Part shown: positions 37,515 to 47,615 of the stretch, piece by piece | Numbering within the stretch: position 1 is the stretch's first letter | Layout: each line of letters starts with the position of its first letter | NCBI GenBank assembly: GCA_964645605.1 | Contig: CAZYCE010000002.1 | Location: forward strand, 67,256 to 131,255 | Direction of reading: 5' to 3' | Length of the DNA stretch: 64,000 nt | DNA from: an uncultured Gammaproteobacteria bacterium | GTDB taxonomy: Bacteria > Patescibacteriota > Microgenomatia > UBA8517 | Translations under genes and position numbers: made by a program | The notes under the pieces: model-generated | Told to the model about the DNA's origin: nothing | Database searches by the model: none | What the model saw: only the letters and a program-made list of their open reading frames with translations

Positions 37515-38913
37515 TTAATCTATTTTTGATCAATACTACGGCACTACCCAGAAACATCCAAAACATTATCGCAAATTTTGACGCTTCAAACAAATCTATT
37601 AATAATGCTGTAGCCAGACTGCCAACTACACCACCAAATATACCAAAAAGCAAGCCTTTTTCCCAATTATCAAATTTATCTTTCGATTTATATGCCTTTG
37701 CGAAAATTTTCCCTATTCTCAAGAAAATCAGCGCAAAGGCCATCGTTCCAAGGATACCGGTTTCTCCAAGCATCCTAAGATAATCATTATCAGTTGCCAA
37801 TCCTATCGACGAATATCCTGTGCCCAGAAGCGGATTTTTCGCAAAAGCTCTTAAGGCTCTGGGCCATTCAACATTATATCTGATTGAAATCGATACATCA
37901 TTCACAATATTTACCGCCGTTGGTTTGGTAGACGTTGGTAAAGATATCGGGGTTGGTGATGAATCTACCCCGAGAATTATGGTCTTACCTTCAGCCTTAA
38001 CAACAAATCCGGGCACAATATATGAGATACCTCCCTTTTCCGAAATATGCTGATACAGGAACTTTATCGCCTGAGTAAACCTGGCATCAAGCCCCGACGA
38101 CATAAACATGCAAACTAAACTAATAAGTACAACTACTATCCAACCCTTAATTTTTTTCAAGAGTAGTAGCGTGATGGTTATTGCCAATAGATAAGTTGCC
38201 TGGGCAGTCCTTGAGACAGAATTTATTAAAAGCCAGAGCCCCATACCTGAAGAAAGTAGTAAAATAAGCTTCAATAATTTGTTCTTAAAGCTGAAAAATA
38301 ATCCCAAGAGTATTGGCATGACCAAAACCATAAAAGCCGAAAGGTCGTAATGTCCTGCAAAGGTAGAATTTATATGCGCTCCGGGGGTCCAGCGAAGCCC
38401 AATCCCTTTAGAATATTCTTCGTTTTGGGTAATTATTACCGGAAAATGATAGTATCGTTGTCCGATTCCATAAGCAAAAACAATTATCACAACAATTACC
38501 AGAACTTTCAGGTAAAATTGCAAATATTCTTTTATTTTTTCCCTGGGAGTCAGAAGATAGACCGCCAAAAACGGAATAATATATTCTATGCGCCTCGCCC
38601 AATGAAGAAAGCCCAGACGTAGCTCAAGGGTCTGCGTCAGGAATGCTCCGGCGATAAGGGAAATAAAAGTGGCGCCAAAAAATATCAGAATTGAGATTAT
38701 TATCTTGTCTTTCAGAATTTTCCTAAAATCTACTAGAAACTTAGGGACAAGAATTATGGCCAAAGCGAGCATCAGTAGGTCCTCAGATCTGATTGCCACA
38801 TAAGTTCCGGGTACTTTTATAAGCGGAAATTTCGGCAAAAGCGGAACAATTATTAGTACCGCCGCAACCAGGTACTTACTAATTTTTTCAGATAGATTTA
38901 AAAGCTTTCGCAT
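37504..38913 (-). CDS. O-antigen ligase/Wzy-like membrane protein
   Basis: Polytopic; STFAGHYDL, SRT, R..W, NPLLGTG and DNDYLRMLGETGILG motifs. Confidence 0.8.
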   Translation of the reverse strand: MRKLLNLSEKISKYLVAAVLIIVPLLPKFPLIKVPGTYVAIRSEDLLMLALAIILVPKFLVDFRKILKDKIIISILIFFGATFISLIAGAFLTQTLELRLGFLHWARRIEYIIPFLAVYLLTPREKIKEYLQFYLKVLVIVVIIVFAYGIGQRYYHFPVIITQNEEYSKGIGLRWTPGAHINSTFAGHYDLSAFMVLVMPILLGLFFSFKNKLLKLILLLSSGMGLWLLINSVSRTAQATYLLAITITLLLLKKIKGWIVVVLISLVCMFMSSGLDARFTQAIKFLYQHISEKGGISYIVPGFVVKAEGKTIILGVDSSPTPISLPTSTKPTAVNIVNDVSISIRYNVEWPRALRAFAKNPLLGTGYSSIGLATDNDYLRMLGETGILGTMAFALIFLRIGKIFAKAYKSKDKFDNWEKGLLFGIFGGVVGSLATALLIDLFEASKFAIMFWMFLGSAVVLIKNRLNET

Positions 38914-39814
38914 AGATTTGTGAAACATTGCGCTTACCCACCACTCCCCAAATTGTCATCCTCAAAAAAACTCCTGTTTTAAGAATCGCACGAAGTACGG
39001 GGATTTTCCAACCCGGTTCGTGCTTTTTGTACATCAAAATCAGGTTCTGAAATTCATCGATTGTGGCTTTTTCACTCCCTGCGGTAACTTGTCCGAAATG
39101 AACTATCTTCCACTGCGGCAAATACCATATCTGCCAACCTTTTTTAATAAACCTCGCCGAAAGTTCCACCTCTTCAACATAAAGGAAAAAATCTTCATCA
39201 AAAATCCCCGCCTGGTCTAAAGCTTCTTTGCGCATAAGATAAAATGCACCGGTTACCCAATCTTGCTGATGAGGTTTTTTGAAAAAATTCTCGCCTTTAT
39301 AAACCGGCGAAAGGGAGTGCATAGGATGATACGGCTTGATTAATTTATCAATTCCCGGAATATCATCCAAAAAGCTCATCCAGGCGGCTACTCGCAAAAG
39401 GGTCGGGTAAAAACCCCCGGAACCTTGATATGTGGTTTCATCGGGATTAAGAAGCGCACATCCGGAAACGCCTGCTTTGGGATGCGCATCCATCCAGGCG
39501 ATCATTTCCCTGAGAATCTTGGGGTCGATAAGCTTTGTGTCATCGTTAAGAAGGAGAATATATTTGCCTTTGGCGATCTTTAAACCCATATTGTTGTTCT
39601 CGCCGAATCCTCCATTTTCCTCACGTCTCAAAACTTTTACTTGAGGGTACTTTTCCTTCACTAAAGCACCGATTTTATCAATTGATGCATTGTCAATTAA
39701 AATAATTTCACTCGTCAGCCCTTTTAAGGCCGGAGTAAGGGTTGTCAGACAATCAAACAGATAGTCTTTTTTTGAAGATACTATAATTACCGAAAGATCG
39801 GTGTGTTTATCCAT
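38888..39814 (-). CDS. GT2 glycosyltransferase
   Basis: IDNAS, GFGENNN, LLNDD, DWVTGAF and FDEDFFLYVEE motifs. Confidence 0.92.
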   Translation of the reverse strand: MDKHTDLSVIIVSSKKDYLFDCLTTLTPALKGLTSEIILIDNASIDKIGALVKEKYPQVKVLRREENGGFGENNNMGLKIAKGKYILLLNDDTKLIDPKILREMIAWMDAHPKAGVSGCALLNPDETTYQGSGGFYPTLLRVAAWMSFLDDIPGIDKLIKPYHPMHSLSPVYKGENFFKKPHQQDWVTGAFYLMRKEALDQAGIFDEDFFLYVEEVELSARFIKKGWQIWYLPQWKIVHFGQVTAGSEKATIDEFQNLILMYKKHEPGWKIPVLRAILKTGVFLRMTIWGVVGKRNVSQIYAKAFKSI

Positions 39815-40352
39815 TTTTCTTTTTGAAAGTTTCTATATACTCACGAAATACAACGGCTGTCATAGTCATTGTAACCAAAAATATTACCTCCCTGACCCAA
39901 ATATTGCTCGGTACAAGGCGGATTATAATTTTTTGTTTCCAGGGTTTTCCGTCCACAAGAAATATTGGTTTATCCTCAAAACTGGGGGGTTCAAACCCAT
40001 TAATAAACATACTTTCTCTGAAAGGATGGGCATATTCCTGTAAAAAAGTACTGCCGGTTTGGTCCCTAATGATGGTCTGGGCATTTTCAGGCGGATAATT
40101 AAATAGAGATGTCGGAATTTTTAAGCCCAAAAAAGATGAGTGATCAAATTGACGCCCGTACCAATCCAGAACCTCCTGTCTCGTATAGTTTGTAAAATAT
40201 CCACGTCTTAGGGGAGATTCAAGGTCTGCCGGTTCCTGCGATTGTATGGAATCCGGAGGGGGCATAGGAAAGCTGTAATCCGGCAAGGCCAAATAAAAAA
40301 CTCCTGCGATACAGAAAAGTACGAAGAAAGCTGTTATAAATTTTTTAAACAT
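39807..40352 (-). CDS. Hypothetical membrane protein (N- and C-terminal TM)
   Basis: Two terminal hydrophobic segments; translationally coupled to the GT2 gene. Confidence 0.75.
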   Translation of the reverse strand: MFKKFITAFFVLFCIAGVFYLALPDYSFPMPPPDSIQSQEPADLESPLRRGYFTNYTRQEVLDWYGRQFDHSSFLGLKIPTSLFNYPPENAQTIIRDQTGSTFLQEYAHPFRESMFINGFEPPSFEDKPIFLVDGKPWKQKIIIRLVPSNIWVREVIFLVTMTMTAVVFREYIETFKKKNG

Positions 40353-40370
40353 GAGATATCAACAAATGAG

Positions 40371-40967
40371 TTATTGGAAAAGCCTTGCGCGCCCCAACTT
40401 ATAATCAGGATTTTTATTCTTCCGCTCTCCGATCTTTTCCGCGGGTATTCCTCCGACAATCGTGAATTCAGGCACGTTCTTTACAACAACTGCCCCGGCC
40501 GCAACGACTGCCCCTTTACCGATTTTCACTCCCGGAAGAATAATGGCTCTGGGACCGATAAAAACGTAGTCTCCGATCTCAACGGGTTCGGTTCTGGCGG
40601 AAAATTCTTCACTTTCAAGGTCGTGTTCTGAATTATAAATCATTACAGAGGAGGCAATATCCACATGATTACCAATTTTAAGGGGAGCCCGCCCGTCCAA
40701 AAAAGCGTGATCGCCAACTATCGTGTCCTGCCCGATGGAAATACCTGACGGGTCAAAAAAATTAGCCCACATATGAACAGTTGACCCTTTCCCGATTTTC
40801 ATACCGGCAAGTCTGTAGATGAATTTACGAAAGAAGTGGCACGGAACATGGGAAACCCAACGCAAGACCATGAGTTCAAAATCCAAAATAATGTTGCCTA
40901 TCCTATTTAGAATTTTAGATAACGCCTCTTGGTTTGATAATTTTTTGCCTGTTTTATCTGTAAACAT
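40371..40967 (-). CDS. Hexapeptide-repeat (LbH) acyltransferase
   Basis: GMKIGKGS, IGDYVFIGPRAIILPGVKIGKGAVVAAGAVV and GGIPA motifs; likely start ATG 40967. Confidence 0.92.
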   Translation of the reverse strand: MFTDKTGKKLSNQEALSKILNRIGNIILDFELMVLRWVSHVPCHFFRKFIYRLAGMKIGKGSTVHMWANFFDPSGISIGQDTIVGDHAFLDGRAPLKIGNHVDIASSVMIYNSEHDLESEEFSARTEPVEIGDYVFIGPRAIILPGVKIGKGAVVAAGAVVVKNVPEFTIVGGIPAEKIGERKNKNPDYKLGRARLFQ

Positions 40968-40971
40968 CGTT

Positions 40972-41071
40972 AAATTACAAATCACAAATTTCAAGTTCTA
41001 AACAAGCACCAATCAACAATAAACTATTTGTATTTTTGTTTATTGCTTGTAATTAAATTCTTGGAATTTGT
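40972..41071. repeat. Inverted pair of 7-bp arrays (imperfect ~100-nt hairpin)
   Basis: acaaatttcaag(40984-40995)/cttggaatttgt(41060-41071), acaagca/tgcttgt and caataaac/gtttattg pairings; heptamers aaattac-aaatcac-aaatttc-aagttct. Confidence 0.7.
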
Positions 41072-42205
41072 CACTACTTTTAAGGTTTCTCTTGCAGTTT
41101 TCTCCCAGGAAAACTTTTTGGCCTGCGATAAACCTTCCATAACCATTCTATTATACTTCTCCTTCGGGGCTAATAGCACCTTTTTCATGCCTGTGGCCAT
41201 ACTATCTATGTCTTTCGGGTCAACGAGTACTCCCGCCGTTCCGACTACCTCAGGTAAACTGCCCACGTTTGAGGCAACTACGGGTACCCCCGAGGCCATC
41301 GCATTTAGGACATCGAGTCCAAAACCTTCCCAAAAAGACGGAAGCACAAAAACTTTTGCACCCGCAATAAGGCCAGGTTTGTCTTCCTCAGGTATGAAAT
41401 CCGTAAAAATAACATCATCTGTCAAACCTAAACTTTTAACTTTCTCAAAAATAGTCTCGTACATCCAACCTTTCTTTCCTGCTATAACAAGTTTTAAATT
41501 GCTAATTTGTTTATTGGTTCTTGGAATTTGTAATTTCAGTGCATGAAACGCACTGATTAATCCTTCAATATTTTTACTGGGCTTGAGCGTACCTAAATAC
41601 AAGACATAGTCATGAACTATGGAGTACCGGGACCCCACACGTCGCACATCTTTCTTGGAAATGCTTAAATTAAACTTAGCACTATCGTAAGCAAGTGGAG
41701 TAACGTAAATTTTGCCTTTTGCAAAGGGATAATGTCGTACAATGTCGTCTTTTGTACTATTTGATATAGCAAAGACTGCCTTTGATACAAAAATACTCAT
41801 AGCAGTCCATACTTTTAACTGCCAGAAGTCCTTTTTTCGAAATTGTCCCGAGAATTTGAGGTATCCAAGGTCCATAATTGAACATATTCTCGGTATCGGA
41901 ACCATTGGAGGAACGTAATGACTCGGAGAAAAGAAAACGTCGCATACTTTTTTGTTCTTTAAAAGGTACGGCACAAGTTTCGTCAAAATCCAGGCACCGG
42001 ATCCTCCAATCACAACATACCTAAAATACGGGGTTTCCTTCGGCATATCCCCTCTTGGTTCATTTTTGAGAAATACTATAAGTCTATGCTCATTTTTCCA
42101 TTCGTCTTGTAGTTTCCACATCCCCCAGAGCAATTCGAAGGCATAGGTGTTTACTCCTACCCTCTTTTCTATGTTAGCTTCGTTCCCGTCTATACCGACA
42201 ATCAT
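41024..42205 (-). CDS. GT4 glycosyltransferase
   Basis: GIDGNEAN, GTLKPSKN and PSFWEGFGLDVLNAMASG motifs. Confidence 0.92.
   Translation of the reverse strand: MIVGIDGNEANIEKRVGVNTYAFELLWGMWKLQDEWKNEHRLIVFLKNEPRGDMPKETPYFRYVVIGGSGAWILTKLVPYLLKNKKVCDVFFSPSHYVPPMVPIPRICSIMDLGYLKFSGQFRKKDFWQLKVWTAMSIFVSKAVFAISNSTKDDIVRHYPFAKGKIYVTPLAYDSAKFNLSISKKDVRRVGSRYSIVHDYVLYLGTLKPSKNIEGLISAFHALKLQIPRTNKQISNLKLVIAGKKGWMYETIFEKVKSLGLTDDVIFTDFIPEEDKPGLIAGAKVFVLPSFWEGFGLDVLNAMASGVPVVASNVGSLPEVVGTAGVLVDPKDIDSMATGMKKVLLAPKEKYNRMVMEGLSQAKKFSWEKTARETLKVVTNSKNLITSNKQKYK
41495..41536. repeat. 7-bp tandem array inside a GT4 gene
   Basis: Minus strand aaattac-aaattcc-aagaacc-aataaac-aaattag, encoding KLQIPRTNKQISNL. 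Shares ttcttggaatttgt and tttgtttattg with 41035-41071. Confidence 0.65.
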
Positions 42206-43260
42206 TTTTGTGCTTCTTTATATACTTTAAGTGTTTCTTCGGCTGTTTTTTCCCAGGAAAAATTCTTTACACGCAAACTCCCTTTATCGGTAAGTCCCTT
42301 TCCTCCACGCACAACCCGGGCAATACCTTCAGCAATTGAGTCCACAGATTCCGGGTCAACAAGCTCGGCAGCATTCCCGGCAACTTCAGGCATTGAACCT
42401 ACATTTGACGTAATCACAGGAACTCCGCAGGCAAACCCGTCGAGTATTGGAATTCCGTAGCCCTCGTAAAGCGAGGCAAATATCAAACCTTTGGAACCGC
42501 TTAAAAGTGCCGCCAAATCTTCCGGTGGGATATGACCAAGCAGCCTGACGTTTCTTTCGGGTTCAATCTTAATATTTGAGGGCCTCCCGGCAATTATCAA
42601 TTTAAGCTCCTTCCCTGCCGTGGCAAGATGAAAAGCTTTAATTATCCTCTCAGTATTTTTCAAGGGCGTCACACCAATTGAAATAAAATAGTCCCCTCCC
42701 ACCTGATATTTCTTTTTAACCTCCGCAATTTTTTCCTCACCGACCCTCTCCATTGACGGAGCTTCCGGAATTACCCGAATGATATTTTCCGAGAAACCCA
42801 TACCAACAAGGTCATTTTTGGTTGAGGTTGAAGGGACTATTATTCTTCTTGATTCCTTCATTACCCAATAAAGTTTCCTTTTATGGACAGCTAAAACTTT
42901 GGGGTGAACAAGCTTGGGAAATTTCAGAGGATAAAGATCGTGTACTGTCGTAACTTTGAAGGCGCTGCTTGGCGGCTCAGCCCAATCTGAAGTATGAAGA
43001 ACATCGGCATTCCCGATCAGCTTTTCAATTGGTAATATGTGTAGTCTGTTCCAAATGATATCTGCCGCCATGGGCGGAATAGGAAATACCCGGGTACCCG
43101 GAAACGTCTCCAGTATCTCTCCTCGCCTCCTGAAAGCCCCGCCAAAGAGCCTAAATTCATTTTCCTTATCGATAGACAGGAGAGAAGCAACGAGGTTTTT
43201 GGTATAGCTTGAAACACCCGTCCCGTAAACAATTTGACTAATGTCGATAGCAATTTTCAT
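42202..43260 (-). CDS. GT4 glycosyltransferase
   Basis: IAIDISQ, TTVHDL and SLYEGYGIPILDGFACG motifs. Confidence 0.92.
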   Translation of the reverse strand: MKIAIDISQIVYGTGVSSYTKNLVASLLSIDKENEFRLFGGAFRRRGEILETFPGTRVFPIPPMAADIIWNRLHILPIEKLIGNADVLHTSDWAEPPSSAFKVTTVHDLYPLKFPKLVHPKVLAVHKRKLYWVMKESRRIIVPSTSTKNDLVGMGFSENIIRVIPEAPSMERVGEEKIAEVKKKYQVGGDYFISIGVTPLKNTERIIKAFHLATAGKELKLIIAGRPSNIKIEPERNVRLLGHIPPEDLAALLSGSKGLIFASLYEGYGIPILDGFACGVPVITSNVGSMPEVAGNAAELVDPESVDSIAEGIARVVRGGKGLTDKGSLRVKNFSWEKTAEETLKVYKEAQK

Positions 43261-44603
43261 TTGGCGTACTTCCAAAACTCAACCCCGTTTAGGTTCAGTT
43301 CCTGAACCTTATTATATCCCAAATTCTCGATCTTAACCCTGGCAGAGTCTGCGGGATCAAAAACATTCCAAACGTATCTTGATAACCAGATATTTTGGCT
43401 TCCCACGTCGAAATTTTTGTAATAAACAATTCGGTCCCCCTTGCCATAATAAATAAGGGCCTCATATTGGGAACTTGACGGGAAAACGATAGGGTCGCTT
43501 CCTACCGCCCCGGTGATTCCCCTCCAGTTTTCCCTTTGAAATCTAGGATTAAGAAGATAATACCCCGAGGAAAGAACGTTTATAACAACGGCGACGGCAA
43601 GCACCGCGCCGAACTTGACCCCCCGAAGTCCTGAAATTCCTTTTGCCGCAAGAATATAGAGCGCGGGCAGACAAAATATAAATCTAAAGTAGTGGAGAAC
43701 CGGAATTTTTATGCTGATGGTTATTCCCAAAAGTATCGGTATTACCAACCATCCCCACACCACCTTGCAAGGTCGATCTTTACAAGGTCGTCGCAGTATA
43801 CTTAGTCCCAGAAGCGCAAGATAAAAGAGAGTCGTGCCTCCTGCCACAAATGCATAAATTAATTTATTATCAAAACTAATCCTTCCAAGGATAAATTTAA
43901 CCGGAATAAGTCCTAAATTTTTCCAAGACAGAACTCCTAAGATCCTTCCCCAATTTGTCCCCGTTACCGCAACACCCGATCCGATTTGTTCCAAAAATGT
44001 GGGTGTCCAGAGGGCAAAGACTCCTATTAACGGAACCGTGCTTAATAAAACTTTCTTCAGATCTTTCCCGGCAAAGATTATAAATACCGGTACAACCAAA
44101 AGAGCCGTATAATCCGTCATTCCGAGGATTGCCAGACAAATTGAAAAAGGAATCCATTTACGTTCCAAAAATAAATAGAACAGGATGCTCACCAAAAATG
44201 CCGCAAGCGAATACATTCTCGCTTCCTGCGAATAATAGATCAAAAGCCCGGAGGAGGCAGCAAGAGCCGAGGCAATCACAGCTACCTTTCTATCAAAAAA
44301 TTTTTTGGCAATAAGATAAATGAAATAGATTGTCGCAACTCCAAAAATTACCGAAGGAATTCTTAGAGCTATTTCAGAAGATCCGAAAATACCAACCCAG
44401 CCTTTCATTAAAAGGTAATAAAAAGGTGGGTGAAAGTCGGCCGGCAAAAATTTAGTAAATATATCAGTCAAGGGCATTTTGGCCGCAAGCGCGGTTGTAG
44501 CCTCATCAAGCCAAATAGATTGATTTAAAGAAATTAGTCTCAGAACTAGGCCCAGTATCACCACTACCCAAATGAAATATTTGCTTTTAATGAATCTATG
44601 CAT
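43257..44603 (-). CDS. GT-C fold membrane glycosyltransferase (PMT_2/GT39-like)
   Basis: QSIWLDEA, HPPFYY, LRIPS and YYSQEARMY motifs; polytopic. Confidence 0.85.
   Translation of the reverse strand: MHRFIKSKYFIWVVVILGLVLRLISLNQSIWLDEATTALAAKMPLTDIFTKFLPADFHPPFYYLLMKGWVGIFGSSEIALRIPSVIFGVATIYFIYLIAKKFFDRKVAVIASALAASSGLLIYYSQEARMYSLAAFLVSILFYLFLERKWIPFSICLAILGMTDYTALLVVPVFIIFAGKDLKKVLLSTVPLIGVFALWTPTFLEQIGSGVAVTGTNWGRILGVLSWKNLGLIPVKFILGRISFDNKLIYAFVAGGTTLFYLALLGLSILRRPCKDRPCKVVWGWLVIPILLGITISIKIPVLHYFRFIFCLPALYILAAKGISGLRGVKFGAVLAVAVVINVLSSGYYLLNPRFQRENWRGITGAVGSDPIVFPSSSQYEALIYYGKGDRIVYYKNFDVGSQNIWLSRYVWNVFDPADSARVKIENLGYNKVQELNLNGVEFWKYAK
43761..43790. repeat. 15-bp tandem palindromic unit inside a GT-C gene
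   Basis: caccttgcaaggtcg-atctttacaaggtcg with the perfect palindrome accttgcaaggt; encodes RPCKD-RPCKV. Confidence 0.55.
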
Positions 44604-44609
44604 CGAGGT

Positions 44610-45449
44610 TTATTTTGCTCCCTTTCCCGAATACATATACTGCAGTATTCCGATAAATACGCCGAAGTCGTAGACAATTTTAAAAATTAAAAATCTCAAC
44701 TCTTTATTAATTACTCCTTTTAAAAGTCCTGCGACGATTGAAAAAGGAATAAGCACCCTAAAAATTGCAATAAAATCTCCGATTATTCCCAATTTATATT
44801 TCCTTTTCCCCACCCACCGGGCGTGCTTATAAATTTCAGCTAGAGATGAAGGATTTTTGTGATAAAAAACGGCACAGGGAGCGACGACAGCATCGTAGCC
44901 CAGCTTCCTACCGAGAGACCAGTCATCATTATATCCTCCCGGGGTAAACCCTCCCACTCTATCAAACTCGCTTTTTAAGATCGCTCTAAAAACAGGTTGG
45001 TAGTCAGGATAATTTTTAGGATGCCTTCTTTCTTTTTCCCAGCCTTCATTTATATTCCAGCATCTAGCCCAAACATTTTTCCAATTGGAAACAATTTCTT
45101 CCTTGCTAAATGTACCCTTGGCCCTACCCGAAATAATTGGGGAGACCAGCTTGCCAAGAAACTCTTTGTCAAAAGCCATATCAGCATCCACAAAGACTAG
45201 TATGCTACCCTTGGCACTTTTGGCTCCTAAATTTCTTGCTGCCCCGGCACCTTTATGTTTTTGCTCAAGAAATCGAAAATTGGGTATTGTTGATTGTAAA
45301 TTCCGCAAAATTTCCAAGGTTTTGTCTGTACTCCCGTCATCAACAACTATAATTTCAAAGTCGTCATATATCTGGAAGCCCAGGGATTCAATGGCATCCG
45401 GAAGAACCTTTTCTTCATTGTAAGTCGGAATAATTATTGATAATTTCAT
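44610..45449 (-). CDS. GT2 glycosyltransferase
   Basis: SIIIPTYNEE, VDDGSTD, ARNLGA and FVDAD motifs; C-terminal hydrophobic helices. Confidence 0.92.
   Translation of the reverse strand: MKLSIIIPTYNEEKVLPDAIESLGFQIYDDFEIIVVDDGSTDKTLEILRNLQSTIPNFRFLEQKHKGAGAARNLGAKSAKGSILVFVDADMAFDKEFLGKLVSPIISGRAKGTFSKEEIVSNWKNVWARCWNINEGWEKERRHPKNYPDYQPVFRAILKSEFDRVGGFTPGGYNDDWSLGRKLGYDAVVAPCAVFYHKNPSSLAEIYKHARWVGKRKYKLGIIGDFIAIFRVLIPFSIVAGLLKGVINKELRFLIFKIVYDFGVFIGILQYMYSGKGAK
45275..45302. repeat. 7-bp tandem array inside a GT2 gene
   Basis: gaaaatt-gggtatt-gttgatt-gtaaatt, encoding NLQSTIPNF. Confidence 0.45.
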
Positions 45450-46708
45450 TTAGTTAATTTATACAAACCGTAGCCCGTACCTATATCAGACAACAAACTA
45501 ATCTTATATGGCCCTCCCGCATTTATTTCCCAAACATCGGATTTTTCAAAATTATATCCTTTTTGGGATAATACATATAATGCGGGAGTTTTATCATACT
45601 CAATTTCCCCTAATGGCTTACTGCCGTATTTAAACTGCACATAATATCTAAGAACATAGGCTCTTTTATCAAAATCCAGGACCTCTGCCACATTAAAATC
45701 ACCCTTAGCATCGCTTGCAATAATCTGTGAGGCATAGGAAATGTCAGCTGTTGTCAATCCCGTAGGCATTCCGGTTGGATGCTTAAAAGAAACTTTGGAG
45801 GAAGTGAGATTTAAGAATAAATAAATTGCAACAAGTGCTATGGATAAATATTTATTGAATTTGAAAACTTTTGAAAGCAAATATCCAGCTCCTAGTGCCA
45901 CAATGGGCCAAAACGGAAGCAAATAGTAATAACTAAACGCGGCATCGCTCGTTCCTTTAATTGTATCTAGCATATATTGCCATAAGGCGGTGAAATTATA
46001 GAAATTGTGTCTGATGTCAAAAAGGATCATCGGTAAATTGCCGATAACAAGACCGGCGGCAAAAAGCGTCGTATCTGCAAATTTTTTCTTGCTTTTCCAA
46101 ATTCCCAAAATAAAAACAACGGGGATAATTAAAACATAAAGAATCTGAAAACTGACACCCAAGCCGCTTAGAAGTCCCAAAATAAATATATTTTTATAAT
46201 CAGGCTTCCTATTTTGAACCACCAAGAAATAAAAAGTAAGAATTCCCACAAGGGGAAGAAGATTGTAATTCCAGATAAATAAAGAATGGTAAATCATCAT
46301 GTTGTTAAACAAAAACAAGATTACTGAAAAAACGGCTACTCTCCCATCAAATAATTTTCTTGCAACCCAATAAATTACAAACCCGGTAAATACATTCAAA
46401 ATAGCAAAAAAGGCAGTAATAGGTACCGGATCGTAATTTGTAACCAGGAGAAGAGGAACAAGTAAATAATTAAACACAGCGCCTGAAAAGATTTTATGGC
46501 CGTTACTGGCTACTCTGAAATATTCCTGTCCGAGAAGTGAAGGCTTGTCTTTAATATAATTGGCAGAAGTTACAAGGCTTCTCGCCTGTTCTGACCAAAA
46601 AGTAATCCTATTGGGAAAGTTATAAAACCTGACAGCAAAAGCCAAGACAAAAATTACCAGGATGAGCAAGCCTTCTTTATTTAATAATTTCTTTAAAAAG
46701 GTCTTCAT
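45446..46708 (-). CDS. GT-C fold membrane glycosyltransferase
   Basis: VRFY..FWSEQAR first loop, SLFIWN, FDIRHNF; polytopic with a C-terminal soluble domain. Confidence 0.75.
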   Translation of the reverse strand: MKTFLKKLLNKEGLLILVIFVLAFAVRFYNFPNRITFWSEQARSLVTSANYIKDKPSLLGQEYFRVASNGHKIFSGAVFNYLLVPLLLVTNYDPVPITAFFAILNVFTGFVIYWVARKLFDGRVAVFSVILFLFNNMMIYHSLFIWNYNLLPLVGILTFYFLVVQNRKPDYKNIFILGLLSGLGVSFQILYVLIIPVVFILGIWKSKKKFADTTLFAAGLVIGNLPMILFDIRHNFYNFTALWQYMLDTIKGTSDAAFSYYYLLPFWPIVALGAGYLLSKVFKFNKYLSIALVAIYLFLNLTSSKVSFKHPTGMPTGLTTADISYASQIIASDAKGDFNVAEVLDFDKRAYVLRYYVQFKYGSKPLGEIEYDKTPALYVLSQKGYNFEKSDVWEINAGGPYKISLLSDIGTGYGLYKLTK

Positions 46709-47615
46709 ACTTCTTTGCAATACTGTCCCAGGAAAATTTTTCGGCCTGAGTTCTTGGGGTATTCCTCCACTTTTTACCAAGAGCGAATTTTATGGCTTTG
46801 GCGAAAGCGCCTGTATCTGTCGGGTCGATTAGTATTCCGGCATCCCCAACAATTTCGCGTCTTACAGGATCGTCTGTCGCAATAACAGGCAGATTTGTGG
46901 CCATTGCCTCAACCAAAACGTTTCCAAATGATTCAGAGGGTCCGGAGGGAAGCGTAAAAACATCTGCTGCCCGGTAGACTTCAGGCATTTTTTCAAAAGG
47001 AACAGACATTAATTTAAATCTTTCTTTTCCCAATACCTTTTCGCCATACCCTTGAAGCTTTTCTTTCAATTCTCCGCCACCGCCAACCATCAATAAAGAA
47101 GCCTCGGGAATCTCAGCAACAGCTTTAATAGACAAATACATCCTTTTTTGCGCAGTGAAGGCTCCTACGCAAAGTATAACAGGCTTTTTTAACCCTGTTT
47201 TATAGGCATTTCCTCCGGGTTTAAATTTGTCCAAATCCACACCGTTCGGAATGTAAATGACTTTAACATGAGGGTTAACGCTTTTTGCCCAATTCATAGC
47301 CTTTTTCGAAAGTGCAATAAAGGCGTCGGGGAAGCTGTAAAGATTTACCCTATCATCCCAACCCATTCCCGATTGACCCGAAACTATCATCTTGGCACCC
47401 GTAAGCCAGGAAATAATTCTCACCAAAACCACCTGGAACCTGCCATTTGTGGGAATAATAATATCGTATTTTTTCTTTAAAAGATTTAAATAATTTACTT
47501 CGGAGATGGTATCAACCCGATGATTCTTGGAAAGCCTTTTACCAAGCTCAAAAACAAAAGTTTCTGCTCCCCTAAAAACTTTATTCTGGTATTTATTCAA
47601 AATTGCTATACGCAT
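46677..47615 (-). CDS. GT4 glycosyltransferase
   Basis: RGAETF, IPNGVD and ESFGNVLVEAMA motifs. Confidence 0.92.
   Translation of the reverse strand: MRIAILNKYQNKVFRGAETFVFELGKRLSKNHRVDTISEVNYLNLLKKKYDIIIPTNGRFQVVLVRIISWLTGAKMIVSGQSGMGWDDRVNLYSFPDAFIALSKKAMNWAKSVNPHVKVIYIPNGVDLDKFKPGGNAYKTGLKKPVILCVGAFTAQKRMYLSIKAVAEIPEASLLMVGGGGELKEKLQGYGEKVLGKERFKLMSVPFEKMPEVYRAADVFTLPSGPSESFGNVLVEAMATNLPVIATDDPVRREIVGDAGILIDPTDTGAFAKAIKFALGKKWRNTPRTQAEKFSWDSIAKKYEDLFKEIIK

Noticed and set aside
40968-40994. N-terminal extension MKFVICNLT of the acyltransferase, and similar extensions on other ORF-track entries
   Set aside because: Translation of the heptamer array or of upstream-gene overlap; downstream ATGs fit better
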